The translations under genes were made by a program, and so were the position numbers. Shown piece after piece: positions 62,129 through 64,000 of a stretch of DNA of 64,000 nucleotides. How positions within the stretch are numbered: the stretch's first letter is position 1; each line of letters begins with the position of its first letter. Source of the DNA: Candidatus Dadabacteria bacterium (GTDB lineage: Bacteria; Desulfobacterota_D; UBA1144; Nemesobacterales; CSP1-2); NCBI GenBank assembly GCA_963805855.1, contig CAWDVW010000007.1:192001-256000 (forward strand), in the 5' to 3' direction. The notes under the pieces are model-generated. The model worked only from the letters and a program-made list of their open reading frames with translations. It was not told the origin of the DNA and searched no databases.

Positions 62129-64000
62129 TTATAAATTTGTCAAGCATAATATGTCATGCATTTCCCTTTCGCATTCTAACTTGAAAGCCTGCTCTATCAG
62201 TGTACCTTGATTTATCTTATGACGGGATATTGAACCTTCCGCAGGACTTGAATAGGGACGTCTCCCGATGAATTGCAGCGGCACATCGTTTACGAGCGTT
62301 TTTAATCCTGGCCGCATATAGTTCCACGCACCCATGTTCATTGGCTCTTCTTGCAGCCAGACGACTTCATCTATTTTATTGTATTTATCTAGAATATGCT
62401 TCAGTTCATCCTTTGGCAGTGGATAATATTGCTCCACCCTTGCCACTGCGACCGAATTGTTCTCATTCCGGAGATCGCTTGTTACGAGATCAACGTATAC
62501 CTTTCCACTGCAAAATATCAGCCGTCTGACTTTATCAACATTTTTTTGAATTGCCGGATCATCAATAACCGGCTGCCAAGAGCCTTCAGAAAGTTCGATC
62601 AAAGAGGATGTTACAGCAGGATTCCTCAATAGGCTCTTAGGGGTCAATATTACGAGGGGCAAGGGATCGATTCGCAGAAGAACAGCCTGACGCCGCAAGA
62701 GGTGAAAGTATTGTGCCGCTGTTGTACAGTTCGCAATACGAATATTAGTATCGGCGGCGGATTCTAGAAACCGCTCTACCCGAGCGCTAGAATGATCTGG
62801 TCCCTGTCCTTCATAAGCGTGCGGTAATAAAAGCACCAAAGATGGGGTTTGTCCCCATTTAGCACGTGAGGTAGTTAGAAATTCATCTATTACAACCTGG
62901 GCTCCATTTATGAAGTCTCCGTACTGCGCTTCCCAAAGAACAAGCCTTTGAGGCTCTTGGATGTTATAGCCGTATTCAAACCCGAGCGCAGCATTTTCCG
63001 ACAGCGGGCTGTTGTGTATTTCAAACGCGGCTTTTGCCTGTGACAACTCCTTTAGCGGAATATACCGGGCACCGGTGTTAATATCGTGGAAAACGGCATG
63101 TCTATGGCTGAAAGTACCCCTCTCACTATCCTGGCCGGTGAGTCTTATCGCTATCCCATCTGACAGTATTGACGCAAAAGCGAGTTGCTCGGCCATCATC
63201 CAGTCAATAGAGGGTTGGGCAGGATCTCCATCTAGAGCCTTGCTCCTTTTTTCCATTGTTCGCTTGAGCTTTGGATGGAGCTTGAAGTTATTGGGCACCT
63301 TAAGTAATTCCCCATAGTAGGTTCTAAGCTTTTCTACGGGAACCGCAGTTTTGATCTTTCTTGCAATACCGGGCGGCGGCGGCTCGGGATGCTTCCTTAT
63401 CGGGACTTCGGTGCCACTCAATGACTCCAGAGCCCTGTGGAGCTGGTCCATACTGTCAGTAACAAGTTCTTCAGGCCATGTCTTATCGATGATGTTTCGT
63501 GCGAACAGCGTATTTGTCCATAATTCTCGAACAGTCGGGTGTTCCTCAATCTCTTTGTACATGGTAGGTTGTGTAAAAGAGGGTTCATCGGCTTCATTAT
63601 GTCCATGACGACGATAGCCGACCAAATCTATCAGGAAGTCCTTTTGAAATCGAATTAGATATGCGAATGCAAGACGAGATGCCTCGATACAAGCCTCTGG
63701 GTCATCTGCGTTTACATGAACGATCGGGATTTCGAATCCCTTTGCTAAATCGCTTGCGAAAAGCGTACTCCGCCCGTCTTCCGGGTTTGTGGTGAAGCCA
63801 AGCTGGTTGTTAGTTATGATGTGAATAGTTCCACCGGTGCGATAACCGGGTAGGCGAGAAAGATTCAAGGTTTCTGCCACTACCCCTTGCCCAAGGAATG
63901 CGGCATCTCCGTGAATCAGTATTGGCAGACTAACTGTGTGGTCAAACTCGGGGGCCCCATGGTTATCGACCTTTGTTCCAGCCGCCCGCGCCATTCCCTC
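62129..64000 (-). CDS. sucA: 2-oxoglutarate dehydrogenase E1, 5' end beyond the window
   Basis: HGDAAF.GQG, GYRRHGHNE.DEP, WEAQYGDF, GPDHSSAR. The ATG at 63994 is internal (..EGMARA). Confidence 0.96.
   Translation of the reverse strand, partial: EGMARAAGTKVDNHGAPEFDHTVSLPILIHGDAAFLGQGVVAETLNLSRLPGYRTGGTIHIITNNQLGFTTNPEDGRSTLFASDLAKGFEIPIVHVNADDPEACIEASRLAFAYLIRFQKDFLIDLVGYRRHGHNEADEPSFTQPTMYKEIEEHPTVRELWTNTLFARNIIDKTWPEELVTDSMDQLHRALESLSGTEVPIRKHPEPPPPGIARKIKTAVPVEKLRTYYGELLKVPNNFKLHPKLKRTMEKRSKALDGDPAQPSIDWMMAEQLAFASILSDGIAIRLTGQDSERGTFSHRHAVFHDINTGARYIPLKELSQAKAAFEIHNSPLSENAALGFEYGYNIQEPQRLVLWEAQYGDFINGAQVVIDEFLTTSRAKWGQTPSLVLLLPHAYEGQGPDHSSARVERFLESAADTNIRIANCTTAAQYFHLLRRQAVLLRIDPLPLVILTPKSLLRNPAVTSSLIELSEGSWQPVIDDPAIQKNVDKVRRLIFCSGKVYVDLVTSDLRNENNSVAVARVEQYYPLPKDELKHILDKYNKIDEVVWLQEEPMNMGAWNYMRPGLKTLVNDVPLQFIGRRPYSSPAEGSISRHKINQGTLIEQAFKLECEREMHDILCLTNL

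Noticed and set aside
61221-62210. 329-aa plus-strand ORF
   Set aside because: Antisense shadow of sucB; Ser/Phe-rich composition mirrors the Glu/Lys codons of sucB

Overview
Bacterial chromosomal window, gene-dense and mostly housekeeping. Gene content suggests a deltaproteobacteria-like lineage, possibly Ca. Dadabacteria (inference only). Left to right: (1) about 1-6.5 kb, an accessory, partly decayed region at the 3' end of tRNA-Arg(CCT), with an LCAT-like hydrolase (partial, absent from the ORF track), an SDR, a DUF4918 glycosylase, DUF4336, two broken small genes and a Met-rich gene with a tandemly duplicated sigma54 promoter/RBS; (2) a candidate response-regulator-controlled anti-SD small RNA and two copies of a pseudoknot-forming ~160 bp repeat bracketing an acidic protein, VIT1 and xseAB; (3) trpS, a stand-alone crotonyl-CoA carboxylase/reductase and a WG-repeat lipoprotein with a probable CTG start; (4) the rpoN-hpf-ptsN-hprK-rapZ-EIIA operon, leuCD and eno; (5) a 10.4 kb glycan-tailoring cluster (2 GT4, a frameshifted sulfotransferase, 3 alkaline-phosphatase-superfamily proteins with non-canonical metal ligands, 2 aldo/keto reductases of which one has all four catalytic residues replaced), the best candidate here for an undescribed system; (6) SirB1-like protein, FG-GAP lipoprotein, TolC/MacA/ABC ATPase without a permease, hemW, and a YjbQ plus GMC oxidoreductase pair flanked by inverted palindromic repeats and an IS481-like end; (7) dprA-ugd-topA-recG, a GT2, and sucB-sucA (partial). 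I saw no CRISPR array, rRNA or intact transposase.
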